Below the pieces are notes generated by a model that saw only the letters and a list, made by a program, of their open reading frames with translations, was not told where the DNA came from and ran no database searches. The position numbers were made by a program, and so were the translations under genes. 64,000 nt of DNA from a virus (Duplodnaviria; Caudoviricetes): IMG/VR virus record IMGVR_UViG_3300021592_000001, positions 64,001-128,000 of that record. One strand, written 5' to 3'. Of the stretch, positions 8,136 to 18,161 are shown one piece after another. The first letter of the stretch is position 1. Each line of letters begins with the position of its first letter.

Positions 8136-9998
8136 TCAACATCTTAAGACTACAGTCTCCTTTATACGAGAGATAGGCACTTTTCCTGGTTCTCTTATTG
8201 CTTCTAGTGTTCTCTTATCTTTTATTGCTTTGTTCACAAGATCGCCACACCCTCGGAAGATGGCGATCCTGGCTTTCCTTATTTTGGATTTTAGTTTTCT
8301 GAATTCTATCTTTGTCTTTTTTGGGATTTTATACTTTGCAGTATATTCCTTCTTCTTGAGACTTATTATCTTTTCATTGCATTTCTCCTTCTCTTGAGGT
8401 TTATTGTTCATGAGGATCCTGTATTTCTTCTTTCCGTGGAGTATATAGGCTGCAACTCTCGCTTTCCCGCTTTCAATTAGGCGAACTGCACTTGTGACCA
8501 GCTTATCTACAAATTCCGATATCTTCCTACGTCTGGTTCTCTTTTTCTTGTAAGACTTTATTATTTGGCTTCTTGTGCGTCTTATTTCCTTTTTCAAGGA
8601 GAGCTCGGCGAGTCTTCTAACTCTTAGCCGTCTTTCCCTTTCTGCTGCTTCTGCTTCCTCTTTCTTGCGTCTTCTTTCGGCTTCCTCTTGAGCACGCCTG
8701 TCCAGTTTTGCTTTGTAGTAATCCATGTATTCATATACAAGATGTCTTCTGTGAGACTCTCTCCTAGATTCGGCTTCTCTGAACCTACATGCAGATATTA
8801 TATGGGCATTGACATGTGATGAGAACAGGTCTGTTATGTTTTCGTCTTTTACCTTCTCATCAGGTTTCTTGCACATTTCTGCATATAAGGAGTGAAGCTT
8901 CTCTCTCGCTTCCTTTGCCTTCTTACCTTTACCAGCTACGTCATACCATCCCCCAAAAGCATAGCAGAAATATTTCTCACAGTCGCTCAACCACCACTCT
9001 CCAGACATTCCGCTTTTATAAAAGGCTTTCGTATATTTGTCTCCGTCTATCCACGTAAGGCTATTCTTCTTTCTTGTTTTGAGATACTGATTCCTGAACG
9101 ACTTCTTATTAGGGCATTTCTTCAAGGATTTGATGTCGGTAGTGTCAACTTTAGGGTGATTAGCGAAGAAAGGATCTTTGTAGTTCTGCGATGTTTTGTT
9201 TCCAAGGATCTTGTCAATAGCATGGAGTTTCTTGCGTATTCGCTTATATATTCTTGCTATGTCCTTGCATTTGAATATCGCCGATATTGCTTTCTCACGG
9301 ATCTGATTTTTGCAGATCTTTGCATGTAGGTCTTCAATATAAAAGAAAACCTCTGCAGAAGTGGTAGGATTTGCTATGCGTATTTTAGTAGAACCTTTTA
9401 GTATGTTACCTATAAACTTTAGGAAATAAGCTACCGTTCCGAGTGGTCTAAGTTCATCTGATTCCTGCTCCCGTTTCATCGCTGCAATTATAGCACTTAC
9501 CTTGACAGGTATAAATCTCAGCCCGGGGCATAAACTCTCTATTCCTTTGGCTGCATATTTCTCCAGCAGTTTCGATACTAGTATTTCCTTTATTTCCGAT
9601 ATTAGATTATTTGCTTGATTGAAGTGAACGACTTCTCCTAAACCTCCTCCACCGCCTAAGTAGTTTGCAAACGTCTGTTTATTATAGTCGGGAGAATACT
9701 TCCAACCTCCTCTAAGCGTTCTTGTTCCTGCGAGGACAGCTGAATGCCACGATTTTATTATTCTTTCTTTTTTCCATTTTGCCCATACGTCATCACTGTC
9801 GAACTCAGGCATTATCTTGCCATAACCTTCAAATAAGGCATTGTCGAATTCGCTCCAGTCGTTCACCCTTGTATCGTTCGTAGTTGGTGAGAACAGCAGC
9901 CATGCACTTCCTACCCTTCTTTCGTTATTACTCTCCTTTAGCAGCTCTGCTTTGTCGTATAGCTCTGTAGATTTCCCTCTTATAGGGTTATAGTTCAT
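8136..9998 (-). CDS. Large basic hypothetical protein with C-terminal charged coiled coil
   Basis: 620-aa ORF, ATGA overlap with sbcD; no recognised motif. Confidence 0.75.
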   Translation of the reverse strand: MNYNPIRGKSTELYDKAELLKESNNERRVGSAWLLFSPTTNDTRVNDWSEFDNALFEGYGKIMPEFDSDDVWAKWKKERIIKSWHSAVLAGTRTLRGGWKYSPDYNKQTFANYLGGGGGLGEVVHFNQANNLISEIKEILVSKLLEKYAAKGIESLCPGLRFIPVKVSAIIAAMKREQESDELRPLGTVAYFLKFIGNILKGSTKIRIANPTTSAEVFFYIEDLHAKICKNQIREKAISAIFKCKDIARIYKRIRKKLHAIDKILGNKTSQNYKDPFFANHPKVDTTDIKSLKKCPNKKSFRNQYLKTRKKNSLTWIDGDKYTKAFYKSGMSGEWWLSDCEKYFCYAFGGWYDVAGKGKKAKEAREKLHSLYAEMCKKPDEKVKDENITDLFSSHVNAHIISACRFREAESRRESHRRHLVYEYMDYYKAKLDRRAQEEAERRRKKEEAEAAERERRLRVRRLAELSLKKEIRRTRSQIIKSYKKKRTRRRKISEFVDKLVTSAVRLIESGKARVAAYILHGKKKYRILMNNKPQEKEKCNEKIISLKKKEYTAKYKIPKKTKIEFRKLKSKIRKARIAIFRGCGDLVNKAIKDKRTLEAIREPGKVPISRIKETVVLRC

Positions 9999-10984
9999 AC
10001 TCCTGCTTTCTTCCTAACTTTTTTGAGAATCTTGAAGCATCCTTTTATTTCTTCTCTGTTTAGCCCTAAGCTCTTTAGGAAAGGCTTGAGACCGCTTGTA
10101 ATACTCTCCTTTACTTTGTATTTTCCTAGCTTTGCCTCGTTCATGCTTCCAGTGGCTATTACATTTTCTGGGAACTTACCTTTGAGCGATGATTTTTTGA
10201 GGAGGAGTTTGACGTATGCGTCTTTTGGTATCTTCCCTCCTTCCTTTACCACTACGAGGGGTTTACTTTTCACTTCTATAAATTCGGGTTCAGTGGGATT
10301 ATCTGTATCAACAATAAGTACTCCTTTTGGAGGATATTCGTCAAATTTATGTTGTATAGGGGATCCGCACTGAAAAGCATTCGGCAGAGAGAGTTGCTGT
10401 TTGAGATGTATCCCGCCCATAGCATAGTAGGTTACATCAAATTTTTTGAATTTATTGAGATCTATTCCAGATTTGAGTCTATATCCAGTGTCAGATCTTG
10501 TTCCTATAGTGGTGTCATGTCCTACCACGATTACAGACTTTCTATCCTTTGGAACTGACTTTAGCATTTTCTTCAGGATTTTCAGGCGAAAGGAGGGAAG
10601 TGTTATGAAGTAGTTATCGTCGATGTTTATAATGTCTGGTCTTACTTCACTGACTCTGAGATTCTTAAATTTGTTCCTCGATTCCAATATCTTTAGAAAA
10701 TGTATGGAACTTCTCTGGAAATCTATCGAGTCATGATTACCCTCCATTATTATTGTAGTGAACTTGTCGTCATATTGCAGGAGTTTCTTCAGTAGAAGAT
10801 CTCTCTCCTCGCTGGTAGGTTCGTTCTTTTGGAAGATATCTCCTGCTACTACTATGACTTTTATTCCTTTCTGTCTTGCTATACTGTATATCTGGTCTAT
10901 AGAGTTGCTGTGCCTGTCTAAATAATTGGGTATCCGTCGAGCTCCACTTCCTATATGCCAGTCTGACGTATGCAGAAACTTCAT
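9995..10984 (-). CDS. sbcD: SbcD/Mre11/gp47-like metallophosphoesterase nuclease
   Basis: HTSDWHIG, AGDIF, GNHD, VVGH, YYAMGGIH, CGSP. Confidence 0.9.
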   Translation of the reverse strand: MKFLHTSDWHIGSGARRIPNYLDRHSNSIDQIYSIARQKGIKVIVVAGDIFQKNEPTSEERDLLLKKLLQYDDKFTTIIMEGNHDSIDFQRSSIHFLKILESRNKFKNLRVSEVRPDIINIDDNYFITLPSFRLKILKKMLKSVPKDRKSVIVVGHDTTIGTRSDTGYRLKSGIDLNKFKKFDVTYYAMGGIHLKQQLSLPNAFQCGSPIQHKFDEYPPKGVLIVDTDNPTEPEFIEVKSKPLVVVKEGGKIPKDAYVKLLLKKSSLKGKFPENVIATGSMNEAKLGKYKVKESITSGLKPFLKSLGLNREEIKGCFKILKKVRKKAGV

Positions 10985-10986
10985 AG

Positions 10987-11478
10987 CTATACTAAGTCTT
11001 TTGTTTTTGGTAAGACGTTAAGCAGATCTTTAGCAGAAGATACAAAATTCCTAAGAGATTGAATCACTGCGGACAGCTTAGTTTTCAGTCCTATCCACAT
11101 TTTCTTGATGAAGTCTCTTACAGATGCAGTAGTTGATTTAGTTATTTTTACGTATTCCTGAGTGTATGAATTTGCACGTCTTATTCTATCCATTGTCTTC
11201 TGCAAGTCTTTATTTACTTTGTCATAGAGCTTGTCATATACCTGCTTCCATTTTGTTATTTTCTTCTCATATTTTAGTATCCTTGCTGTTCTGCCCTTTA
11301 GTTTTACCAGAATTTCATCAGTCTCTCGGAATTCCTTTTTAACGTGTTTTTGTATGTAGGACTCTATCTTTTCCTGTTCCGCCGAAATTTCCATCATTCT
11401 TTCCTTCAGTGCTTCATACTCTTCTGCCAAGTCTAAATACTTTTCAAGTTTCCTTTTAGTTTTCTTCGAAAGAGCCAT
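10987..11478 (-). CDS. Hypothetical coiled-coil protein
   Basis: AGGAGG RBS; heptad-rich sequence. Confidence 0.7.
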   Translation of the reverse strand: MALSKKTKRKLEKYLDLAEEYEALKERMMEISAEQEKIESYIQKHVKKEFRETDEILVKLKGRTARILKYEKKITKWKQVYDKLYDKVNKDLQKTMDRIRRANSYTQEYVKITKSTTASVRDFIKKMWIGLKTKLSAVIQSLRNFVSSAKDLLNVLPKTKDLV

Positions 11479-11514
11479 TTCTTTCCTCCTGTGAAGAAGA
11501 TATAATTTCTGTTG

Positions 11515-12858
11515 CTATTTTCCTGTTTGCTTGAAGTAAAGTTTAAAAGCCTCTCCGCTTTTGATCTGGCTCCAGCAAGCCTTTCTCAGATCTCTGTTCT
11601 CTTTCTTATTGTATTTTAGCTTGAATTTTTTGAACACGGACTTCTTGTTGGGATTTAAAATGAGTTCCTTTAGCTGAGCCCATTGCCATCTTCTATTTTG
11701 CCACGGACCAGGAACTAGTATATAGTATCCTCTTCTGTCTCCTGTTATCTGATTGGTCTCTACGAGGTATTGATAAGTGTCCCAAAATGGATCGAAGCCG
11801 AAACCTGCCTTACCTTTATGAGATACCCATATTCTAGCTATCGTCTGTCTGAATGGTACGAATGTTTTGTTCTTAGTTGTTCTTATGCTTACGTATCTAT
11901 AAGTGTCCTTGCCTTTCTTATCCCAAGAGACTTCTTCCTCTATCATTCCAGACCCGTGAGGAACAGATATCCCGCTTATTCTTACTCTTATATCGCTATG
12001 ATGCCTCACTGTATTGCCACACGGTTCGTACTCAGGATTGCCGTACATGCTCCCAGGTCGTTCTCTTATCTGATTTATGGCGATAATAGAACACCTCTTT
12101 CTCGCCAGTTTGCCTCGTATTAGTGGAACGTAGTCGCTAAACATTCTAGCTAGCATGGCTTGAGGGCTTTTACTGCTATCTTCTTCTCTAGCTTCAGGCA
12201 GCATCGCAGGCAGACTATCTATAAACCAAACCATTTGAATCTTTCCGTCTTCAACTGGTATCCAGTATTTGCCTGTAGTTTTGAACAAGCCCTTGCTATA
12301 ACTCTTTCTTTTCATGCTTTGGGGGAGCTTGTCAAAGACTAAAAACCATTGGTCGTCATGGTAAACCTTATCTGGAAGATGCTTTAGAACATTATGTATA
12401 TAACGGAATATTGGTTCACCAAGATCTGGCTGGTGATATCTACATTTCGGTTCTACCTTCCATGTATTGTCTTCATTCCTGAGACCAAATATTTTATCTA
12501 TACTTTTGATTTTAAGTATTCTTGTTATATAAGGAGGGTCAAGCGACCCTTCAAAGTCGAAGAAATCACTCATTATTTCTGATTTTATAACTTGTTTGAT
12601 AGTTTGATAGACCAATGTGCTTTTTCCAGATGCCTCCTTACCGAATATCGTTATCCATCTTCCAGGAGCCCATCCTCCCCCAGTGATAAGATCGCAACAC
12701 AAATTTCCAGAAGATACGGTGTCTTCAACATATTTAGCTCTTTTAATGGAAATCGGTAGTATGTCATCTTCAACGCCTAGTTTATCCAGCTCTTTTATAC
12801 TAACGTGCCCTATACCGTCAACAATAGACAATAGCTTCTTTCTCTTTTTTCTTGCCAT
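11515..12858 (-). CDS. recA: RecA/UvsX-family recombinase
   Basis: SSGNLCCDLITGGG, Walker A FGKEASGKST, DFEGSLDP, IDSLPA, INQIR, YGNPE, KNK; contains an insertion. Confidence 0.92.
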   Translation of the reverse strand: MARKKRKKLLSIVDGIGHVSIKELDKLGVEDDILPISIKRAKYVEDTVSSGNLCCDLITGGGWAPGRWITIFGKEASGKSTLVYQTIKQVIKSEIMSDFFDFEGSLDPPYITRILKIKSIDKIFGLRNEDNTWKVEPKCRYHQPDLGEPIFRYIHNVLKHLPDKVYHDDQWFLVFDKLPQSMKRKSYSKGLFKTTGKYWIPVEDGKIQMVWFIDSLPAMLPEAREEDSSKSPQAMLARMFSDYVPLIRGKLARKRCSIIAINQIRERPGSMYGNPEYEPCGNTVRHHSDIRVRISGISVPHGSGMIEEEVSWDKKGKDTYRYVSIRTTKNKTFVPFRQTIARIWVSHKGKAGFGFDPFWDTYQYLVETNQITGDRRGYYILVPGPWQNRRWQWAQLKELILNPNKKSVFKKFKLKYNKKENRDLRKACWSQIKSGEAFKLYFKQTGK

Positions 12859-12862
12859 ATTT

Positions 12863-13462
12863 CTACCTCAATATATTGAGAAGTTGTTTTTCGACGAGAT
12901 TTCTCCTGTTCATTCTAGCTAAGACATGGCTCACGTACATGTCTGCATGGTGAAGGAGGAGCGTTAGTGGAAGCTCTTTATTCTTGATGTCTTTCCCCGA
13001 ATTCATATACATCCCTCCATGATATAATATCGCCTGATATTCATCTTCTGATAATTTTATGTCGAATTCGTTTAAGATCCAGACTGACCTAACTTCGTGA
13101 GGTATCTGCGTGATCTTTTCATTTACCGTATATGGCGGTCCTTCGCCTTCAAGAGGAATGTATAAATGTTCTGTCTTCGTCCCTATTTTTCCGAGATCGT
13201 GAAATAGCCCAGTCGTAACTACTTTGTCGATTGTTACATCGTTTGGATATAGGTGCATGTCGTGCATCATTTTAAGTGTAACAAATACGGAGTGGTTTAT
13301 AAGCCCTCCATTGTACGAGTCATGGTGTTTTGCGGAAGCAGGTGACTGTCGGAATCTTTTTATGATACCTTCATCATACATCATAAATAGCAGCTTTTTC
13401 TTTCTGTTTTTATCACGAATCATCTCCAGCAATTTCCCAAAAGTCTTTTCTCTTATTTTCAT
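12863..13462 (-). CDS. HD-domain hydrolase (YhaM/Cbf1-like)
   Basis: SPASAKHH..GGLINHS, HDLGK, H..HG, LHHAD. Start moved to ATG 13462, just after the SSB stop. Confidence 0.85.
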   Translation of the reverse strand: MKIREKTFGKLLEMIRDKNRKKKLLFMMYDEGIIKRFRQSPASAKHHDSYNGGLINHSVFVTLKMMHDMHLYPNDVTIDKVVTTGLFHDLGKIGTKTEHLYIPLEGEGPPYTVNEKITQIPHEVRSVWILNEFDIKLSEDEYQAILYHGGMYMNSGKDIKNKELPLTLLLHHADMYVSHVLARMNRRNLVEKQLLNILR

Positions 13463-13463
13463 C

Positions 13464-14483
13464 TTAAGTTTCCTTAATGCATTCGGTTCTGTACTTGCAG
13501 TCAAAGCATTTTATTTTACCTTTGTAATCGCCAAAGCACTTTGGCTTTTTGCTCTTTTTCGCTTTGGCTTTCTTTTTCTTCTTATTTTTCTTTTTATCCT
13601 TTTTGCTTTTCATTTTCTTTGCTTTCTTTTTTCTTTTCTTCGACGTTCTTTCTTCTTCTTCCTCTTCGATTTCCTCATCTTCTTCGATATTTATTACTCT
13701 GCCAGACCTAGTCTCAGATGACTTCTTCCTCTTTTCCTTTCCCTTCTTTCTAGCAGCCTTCGCTTGTTCTTCGTCTAACAACAGCGCTTCAGACGGCCTG
13801 AGATATCCTAGTCTTATCAGGTCTGCTTCCTGTTTAGCCATGTCTACAGACACTGCATTCTCCACGTCGAATAGCTGATAATTACGCTCTTCTTTTGTCA
13901 GAGGGGTGTGATCGCCTTTCTGGACATCGTAAGCTGTGGAAGGCGATTCATTGGAATCGTATTTTATAAATACGTCACAACCGTAGTCTGGATCTGACAG
14001 CTCACAGGTTACCGTTTTTCCACGTATCTTGTGCTTATTCAATGCCACTATGTTCTTTAGCTGACTGGCGCAAGAAACTGGTATTTTGAATACCTTTATC
14101 GGAGACCATGATTCGTCTCCAACTTTTCTGAATTTTCCTTTCTTGGCCTTTTTGATTTTGGCTTTCAGAGGTTTGTTTTCTTGCAATTCCCTGTCGATAA
14201 AATTGGCGAAGTAGAATTTATTTGTTTCTATGCCTGCTCTGCAGGCAGGGCACTTGTTATCTATAAACTGTTCCGTCTTTGGATCATAGCTCCCACAAGT
14301 CATCGGAAACTTGGTTTTACTTCCGTCGCTTTTGATAACTGTAACCCAATGCCTTACAGCACTGGATACAGGACCGACAGGTCTCAATTGTTTATACTTG
14401 CCATCTTTCAGTTCTCCCCAGTCAAGATTTTCTTCCCACTTTTTATCTTGCGCTGCGGATGGTTTGATGTCTCCCCATTTCAT
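13464..14483 (-). CDS. gp32-like single-stranded DNA-binding protein with acidic/basic tail and C-terminal Cys4 motif
   Basis: RHWV..C..CPAC Zn ligands, YFANFIDR, DPDYGCDV, YDVQ; located next to recA. Confidence 0.65.
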   Translation of the reverse strand: MKWGDIKPSAAQDKKWEENLDWGELKDGKYKQLRPVGPVSSAVRHWVTVIKSDGSKTKFPMTCGSYDPKTEQFIDNKCPACRAGIETNKFYFANFIDRELQENKPLKAKIKKAKKGKFRKVGDESWSPIKVFKIPVSCASQLKNIVALNKHKIRGKTVTCELSDPDYGCDVFIKYDSNESPSTAYDVQKGDHTPLTKEERNYQLFDVENAVSVDMAKQEADLIRLGYLRPSEALLLDEEQAKAARKKGKEKRKKSSETRSGRVINIEEDEEIEEEEEERTSKKRKKKAKKMKSKKDKKKNKKKKKAKAKKSKKPKCFGDYKGKIKCFDCKYRTECIKET

Positions 14484-14516
14484 AGTAATACCCTCCTTTC
14501 CGATTACTAATACTGA

Positions 14517-15422
14517 TTAATAATACTTTGCTTGCCTCTTTATTTCCTTTTCTATGTCCTCCTCAGTAGGAGGCTTTCCCACTACGGGATCAAGAAACAT
14601 TAATCCTACTATAAACTTTTCCCCTTTTGTTAATATAGGGCTATTTTCTCGATAAATCTTCTTAAAACCATTTTCTTCAATAGCTATATCTTCTACATTG
14701 TCATCTATGGAAACCGAAGCTTTAGGAGGTAATGTCAAAGGTATGTCTACTTCTGTAGAGTAGGGAGGACGACGAAGAAATCCCTTCAGGTGATTTTTGA
14801 GGAATTTGATTACAGACCCTTCTCTGTACATTAAATCTACCTTCAGTCTGTCTACTACTTCTATCACTCCTAATGCTAAGTTTTGGAACACGTCTCCTCT
14901 GCGGTCGGACCGATACTTTCTGGATATGTTTTTTGCAGCTTCAGTCATCGTAATAATTAAGTTTTCTCTGGTTTTTCTGTATTTCTCATAGTAAGCTTTG
15001 CAATTTCTATAGCATCCGTATAGCGTGCTTCTTGTCCCTCCTACTTCGGATTCTATTCTTTCCATCTTAGAAAGAATTTCATGGTCGGTAGGGGCTTTTG
15101 ATAGGCATTTTACAAGCTTGTCGTACTCAGCCAACTTTTTCAGAAATTCTTCTACTACTTTTGCAAGAATATTTCTGTTGAATCTTATGGTCTGTAGCGC
15201 ATTCTCGAAATCTTTCTGATCCCTTTTTAGAACACTTTTGCATAACATTCCATAATACATTATTAGATTTTCTGTTTTGTCACATCTATACTGTTCTTCG
15301 AACATAAAGCCTACTTTATTTTCCAAATACCTCGTAAATTTCAGAATTGTTGCCATTGCAAGATGTATCGTCTTATTGAGAATTTCTACTGCTTTGATTA
15401 CCTCTTCGTGCTTTATAATCAT
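14517..15422 (-). CDS. Divergent sigma70-like factor (region 2, apparently no region 4.2)
   Basis: RENLIITMTEAAKNISRKY..DVFQNLALGVIEVVDR resembles regions 2.1-2.3. Start moved to ATG 15422 (ATGA overlap, GGAG RBS). Confidence 0.55.
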   Translation of the reverse strand: MIIKHEEVIKAVEILNKTIHLAMATILKFTRYLENKVGFMFEEQYRCDKTENLIMYYGMLCKSVLKRDQKDFENALQTIRFNRNILAKVVEEFLKKLAEYDKLVKCLSKAPTDHEILSKMERIESEVGGTRSTLYGCYRNCKAYYEKYRKTRENLIITMTEAAKNISRKYRSDRRGDVFQNLALGVIEVVDRLKVDLMYREGSVIKFLKNHLKGFLRRPPYSTEVDIPLTLPPKASVSIDDNVEDIAIEENGFKKIYRENSPILTKGEKFIVGLMFLDPVVGKPPTEEDIEKEIKRQAKYY

Positions 15423-15802
15423 TTCTTCTTCTCCACTATCGGAATACATGCTATTAAATGTTTGCAAATCCACGGTTTAAGCGTCGGATTGGTCTTTTTA
15501 GGCATCTTACCGCTACTGCTTATAATATCGGAAGAACCTCTGATGGATAATGCTACTTCCGCATTGTACTTGAACCAACTACAACTGCAGTGAACCCATG
15601 CTTTATCTCCTTCGTACATTCTTATGATACATTCTTTCGGTTCGCCGCTTCCTCTACATTTTACAATGAATTTAAACTCTTTATATATTTTGTCTGTTTC
15701 GTCTTTCCTAGTTAGTGTCTTCCGCAATCTTGCTTTGCAGTCCTTTGATCGTTTTATAATTGCTGACGGTGTGCTTCTCAGCATAACTGATAGCTTTATC
15801 AC
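15419..15802 (-). CDS. SWIM zinc-finger protein
   Basis: VHCSCxxF ... ICKHL. Confidence 0.8.
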   Translation of the reverse strand: MIKLSVMLRSTPSAIIKRSKDCKARLRKTLTRKDETDKIYKEFKFIVKCRGSGEPKECIIRMYEGDKAWVHCSCSWFKYNAEVALSIRGSSDIISSSGKMPKKTNPTLKPWICKHLIACIPIVEKKK

Positions 15803-15804
15803 GA

Positions 15805-16629
15805 TTATACCTCCATATTCCTGATATGTTCCATATTGCGCAAGTGCTTTTCCACCCCGATAGGGGAAAAGCAGATGTTCTGATAAGGACAGTGCCTGTT
15901 CACAGCATCACTCTTCGTTTTGCAGACTTTCTTGATTTTGGTGAACTCTTTACGTTCAATTAGTTTCATCGTTTTATAGTAACTTTCTATCATCTTGTCC
16001 GAATGATCGTAGTCGACTCCTGGATTTACAAAAATTTTATAATTATTGTGTTTAGCTCTATCGAAGTAGATAATTATATGTCCTTCTATATCACTTTCCA
16101 ACTTAAGGCATCTATTGACCATTGCTGCATATAAGTTGGCCTGACAGATGTGCTCTCTCTTGGGAGATTTCATCTTTTTAATTTTTTCTGCGTTACTGGT
16201 TTTTATTTCGAGTAGAAATATTTTGTCTGCTAATTTTATTATTCCATCACAGTGTCCTGTCAGACCTTTGTAAAAAAGAGAATACTCTACATATTTAGCC
16301 ATCGTCCTACAACAGATGATTGGACCCCAGGTTTCAACAATTTTTCCGCAGTTCTTGCATTTCCACTTACCATATAAAGGAAACCATCTCTGAACTACTT
16401 CATGAATAGCTGTCCCTATTCCCGTGTAGTAATCTTCTGCGAAGGAGTTTCCAGAAGGTCTTCCGTAGATTAAGCTTAATGCTAAATGTGTGGGGCAGAA
16501 TAAGGATAGAGCGGAAGTTCTCAGTTCATAATCAGTACAGTCAATATCTGTAATTACTCTTGATTCGGTCGCTTCCCTTACTACTCGGTGAATCTCTGCC
16601 TCTATTCTTGAGAAATCTATCTTTGTCAT
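15805..16629 (-). CDS. Cas4-like PD-(D/E)XK exonuclease
   Basis: N-terminal CP, GTAIH, GHCDG..LEIKT, QANLY, C-terminal C..CPY..C cluster. Start at the ATGA overlap, 16629. Confidence 0.8.
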   Translation of the reverse strand: MTKIDFSRIEAEIHRVVREATESRVITDIDCTDYELRTSALSLFCPTHLALSLIYGRPSGNSFAEDYYTGIGTAIHEVVQRWFPLYGKWKCKNCGKIVETWGPIICCRTMAKYVEYSLFYKGLTGHCDGIIKLADKIFLLEIKTSNAEKIKKMKSPKREHICQANLYAAMVNRCLKLESDIEGHIIIYFDRAKHNNYKIFVNPGVDYDHSDKMIESYYKTMKLIERKEFTKIKKVCKTKSDAVNRHCPYQNICFSPIGVEKHLRNMEHIRNMEV

Positions 16630-17531
16630 GGTTTGCACATATTCTTTATAACTCTAAGAATCTTTGGGGGAGCAGTTTCAGGATCCATTTTACCTTTTGG
16701 GAGTCTCGGTAGATCTAAAATTCTTGTATCAAATTCGTCCCTCAGTTCTTTCCATATACGTCTATTACATTCATATCCCGCAAGGTCGCCGTCACATACA
16801 ATACACACTATTTCTATTCCCTTCGCTGCTAATAGGTTGCTTTTGTATTTATCCCAATTATTCACGCCGAAGAAGCTCATGGCTGGGATGTTGTGCTTTA
16901 TTAAATTTAAGGCATCGCTTATACCTTCTACCAAGACTACAGACTTGTCATTGTGCAAGTCGTAGGGAAACATTGCCTTCTTTACCCATTTACCTTTGCT
17001 GAATCTATGGTATCCATCTCCATTTCCCTCTATCACATATCCCACTGTCTCCCCAAACATTTTAATTGGAAATAATATTCTTTCCATTCCAGACTTTTCA
17101 TCGTAATAGCTCATAGCTCCGAACTGTCGTAGAAATTCCTTAGGGTAAATTATTCTCTTCCTTTTCCAACTTTTATTCCATCCAGAAAGACTAGCTATGT
17201 TTGTAATTTCTGGCGGATTACCTTCACTTTCTGCAATCTTGTCTCTGATGAGTTTCCCAAGACTTTCCGAGTCTATGCTTTCAGTTTCGGAGAGTTCTTT
17301 AAGACCTATCTTTTTAGCCAGGATATTCCAGTTTCCAGATTTACCGCAACCAAAACAATGAAATGTCCCGACTGGGACCTTTGGATTATCTATGTTTACA
17401 GAACAAGACGGATGTCTTTCTTTGTGCCATGGGCATCTTATTAGTATGTTTTTGTCTCCCACCTTCTTTGGTGGAGGAATCTTTTCTAATTCCTCCACTA
17501 CAATGTTTCTTTTCTCCTCTCTGGTGATCAT
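16626..17531 (-). CDS. dnaG: DnaG-type primase (CHC2 Zn finger + TOPRIM)
   Basis: CPWHKERHPS, FHCFGCG, RILFPI, VLVEGISDA, DGDLAG. Confidence 0.9.
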   Translation of the reverse strand: MITREEKRNIVVEELEKIPPPKKVGDKNILIRCPWHKERHPSCSVNIDNPKVPVGTFHCFGCGKSGNWNILAKKIGLKELSETESIDSESLGKLIRDKIAESEGNPPEITNIASLSGWNKSWKRKRIIYPKEFLRQFGAMSYYDEKSGMERILFPIKMFGETVGYVIEGNGDGYHRFSKGKWVKKAMFPYDLHNDKSVVLVEGISDALNLIKHNIPAMSFFGVNNWDKYKSNLLAAKGIEIVCIVCDGDLAGYECNRRIWKELRDEFDTRILDLPRLPKGKMDPETAPPKILRVIKNMCKP

Positions 17532-17548
17532 TTCTATCCCAAACCTAT

Positions 17549-18151
17549 TTATTCCTGTCTTTCATCTGTTCCACTTTTCTTATCGATGCGTTTTAAAGCC
17601 CACCTTTTCACTTTTCCTGATGCATTCTCAACTATATATCTTAGGTCGGCGTCAGTTAGTTCCTCTTCAATGGTTTTAAGTTCATTCAAAGTGTGAGTCG
17701 GAGACATCTTCCTGAGAAGGATGTCTATAACCTTACTGGATACGTTCTCCTCTGTTTCATCCTCGGAGACTACTACGCTTCCTTCCTGCTGAGAGACAGA
17801 TATTCCTTTAGATTTGTATCCTGCTTCTGAATACTTGCTCGCAAAAATACGTGTTAGCTCTGCCTGAGCCTCTTTGGTTTCAAGTATTTTCTCTGCCTCA
17901 TTTGGAGGAACTAATTCGAGTACACCGCTGGTAACATAAGCACGGAAGTCCATGCTCTCTTTCAGTAAGCTGACGGGAACTTGATCGGTAATACAGATAG
18001 GGATGTATGTTTTGGGAATGTTTATCGATTCCATTCTCCCGCTGGGGAGAATCATGCTGAGATTAATTGGACCTTTCGGTCTTGTACAATTTCTGACATA
18101 TATCTTTTCTTGTTTGAGAGCCTCTTCTAATGTAATTTTACTTCCACTCAT
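17549..18151 (-). CDS. Hypothetical protein
   Basis: Start moved to ATG 18151 behind an AGGAGG RBS. Confidence 0.7.
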   Translation of the reverse strand: MSGSKITLEEALKQEKIYVRNCTRPKGPINLSMILPSGRMESINIPKTYIPICITDQVPVSLLKESMDFRAYVTSGVLELVPPNEAEKILETKEAQAELTRIFASKYSEAGYKSKGISVSQQEGSVVVSEDETEENVSSKVIDILLRKMSPTHTLNELKTIEEELTDADLRYIVENASGKVKRWALKRIDKKSGTDERQE

Positions 18152-18161
18152 AGTATTCCTC

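Noticed and set aside
7942..8142. 66-aa ORF downstream of the 620-aa gene
   Set aside because: No RBS or motif and atypical composition; more likely part of the non-coding element. Not fully excluded.
15805..16629. Cas4-like gene as evidence of a CRISPR-Cas system
   Set aside because: No cas1/cas2 or array is seen. Solo Cas4-like nucleases are common in phage replication modules.
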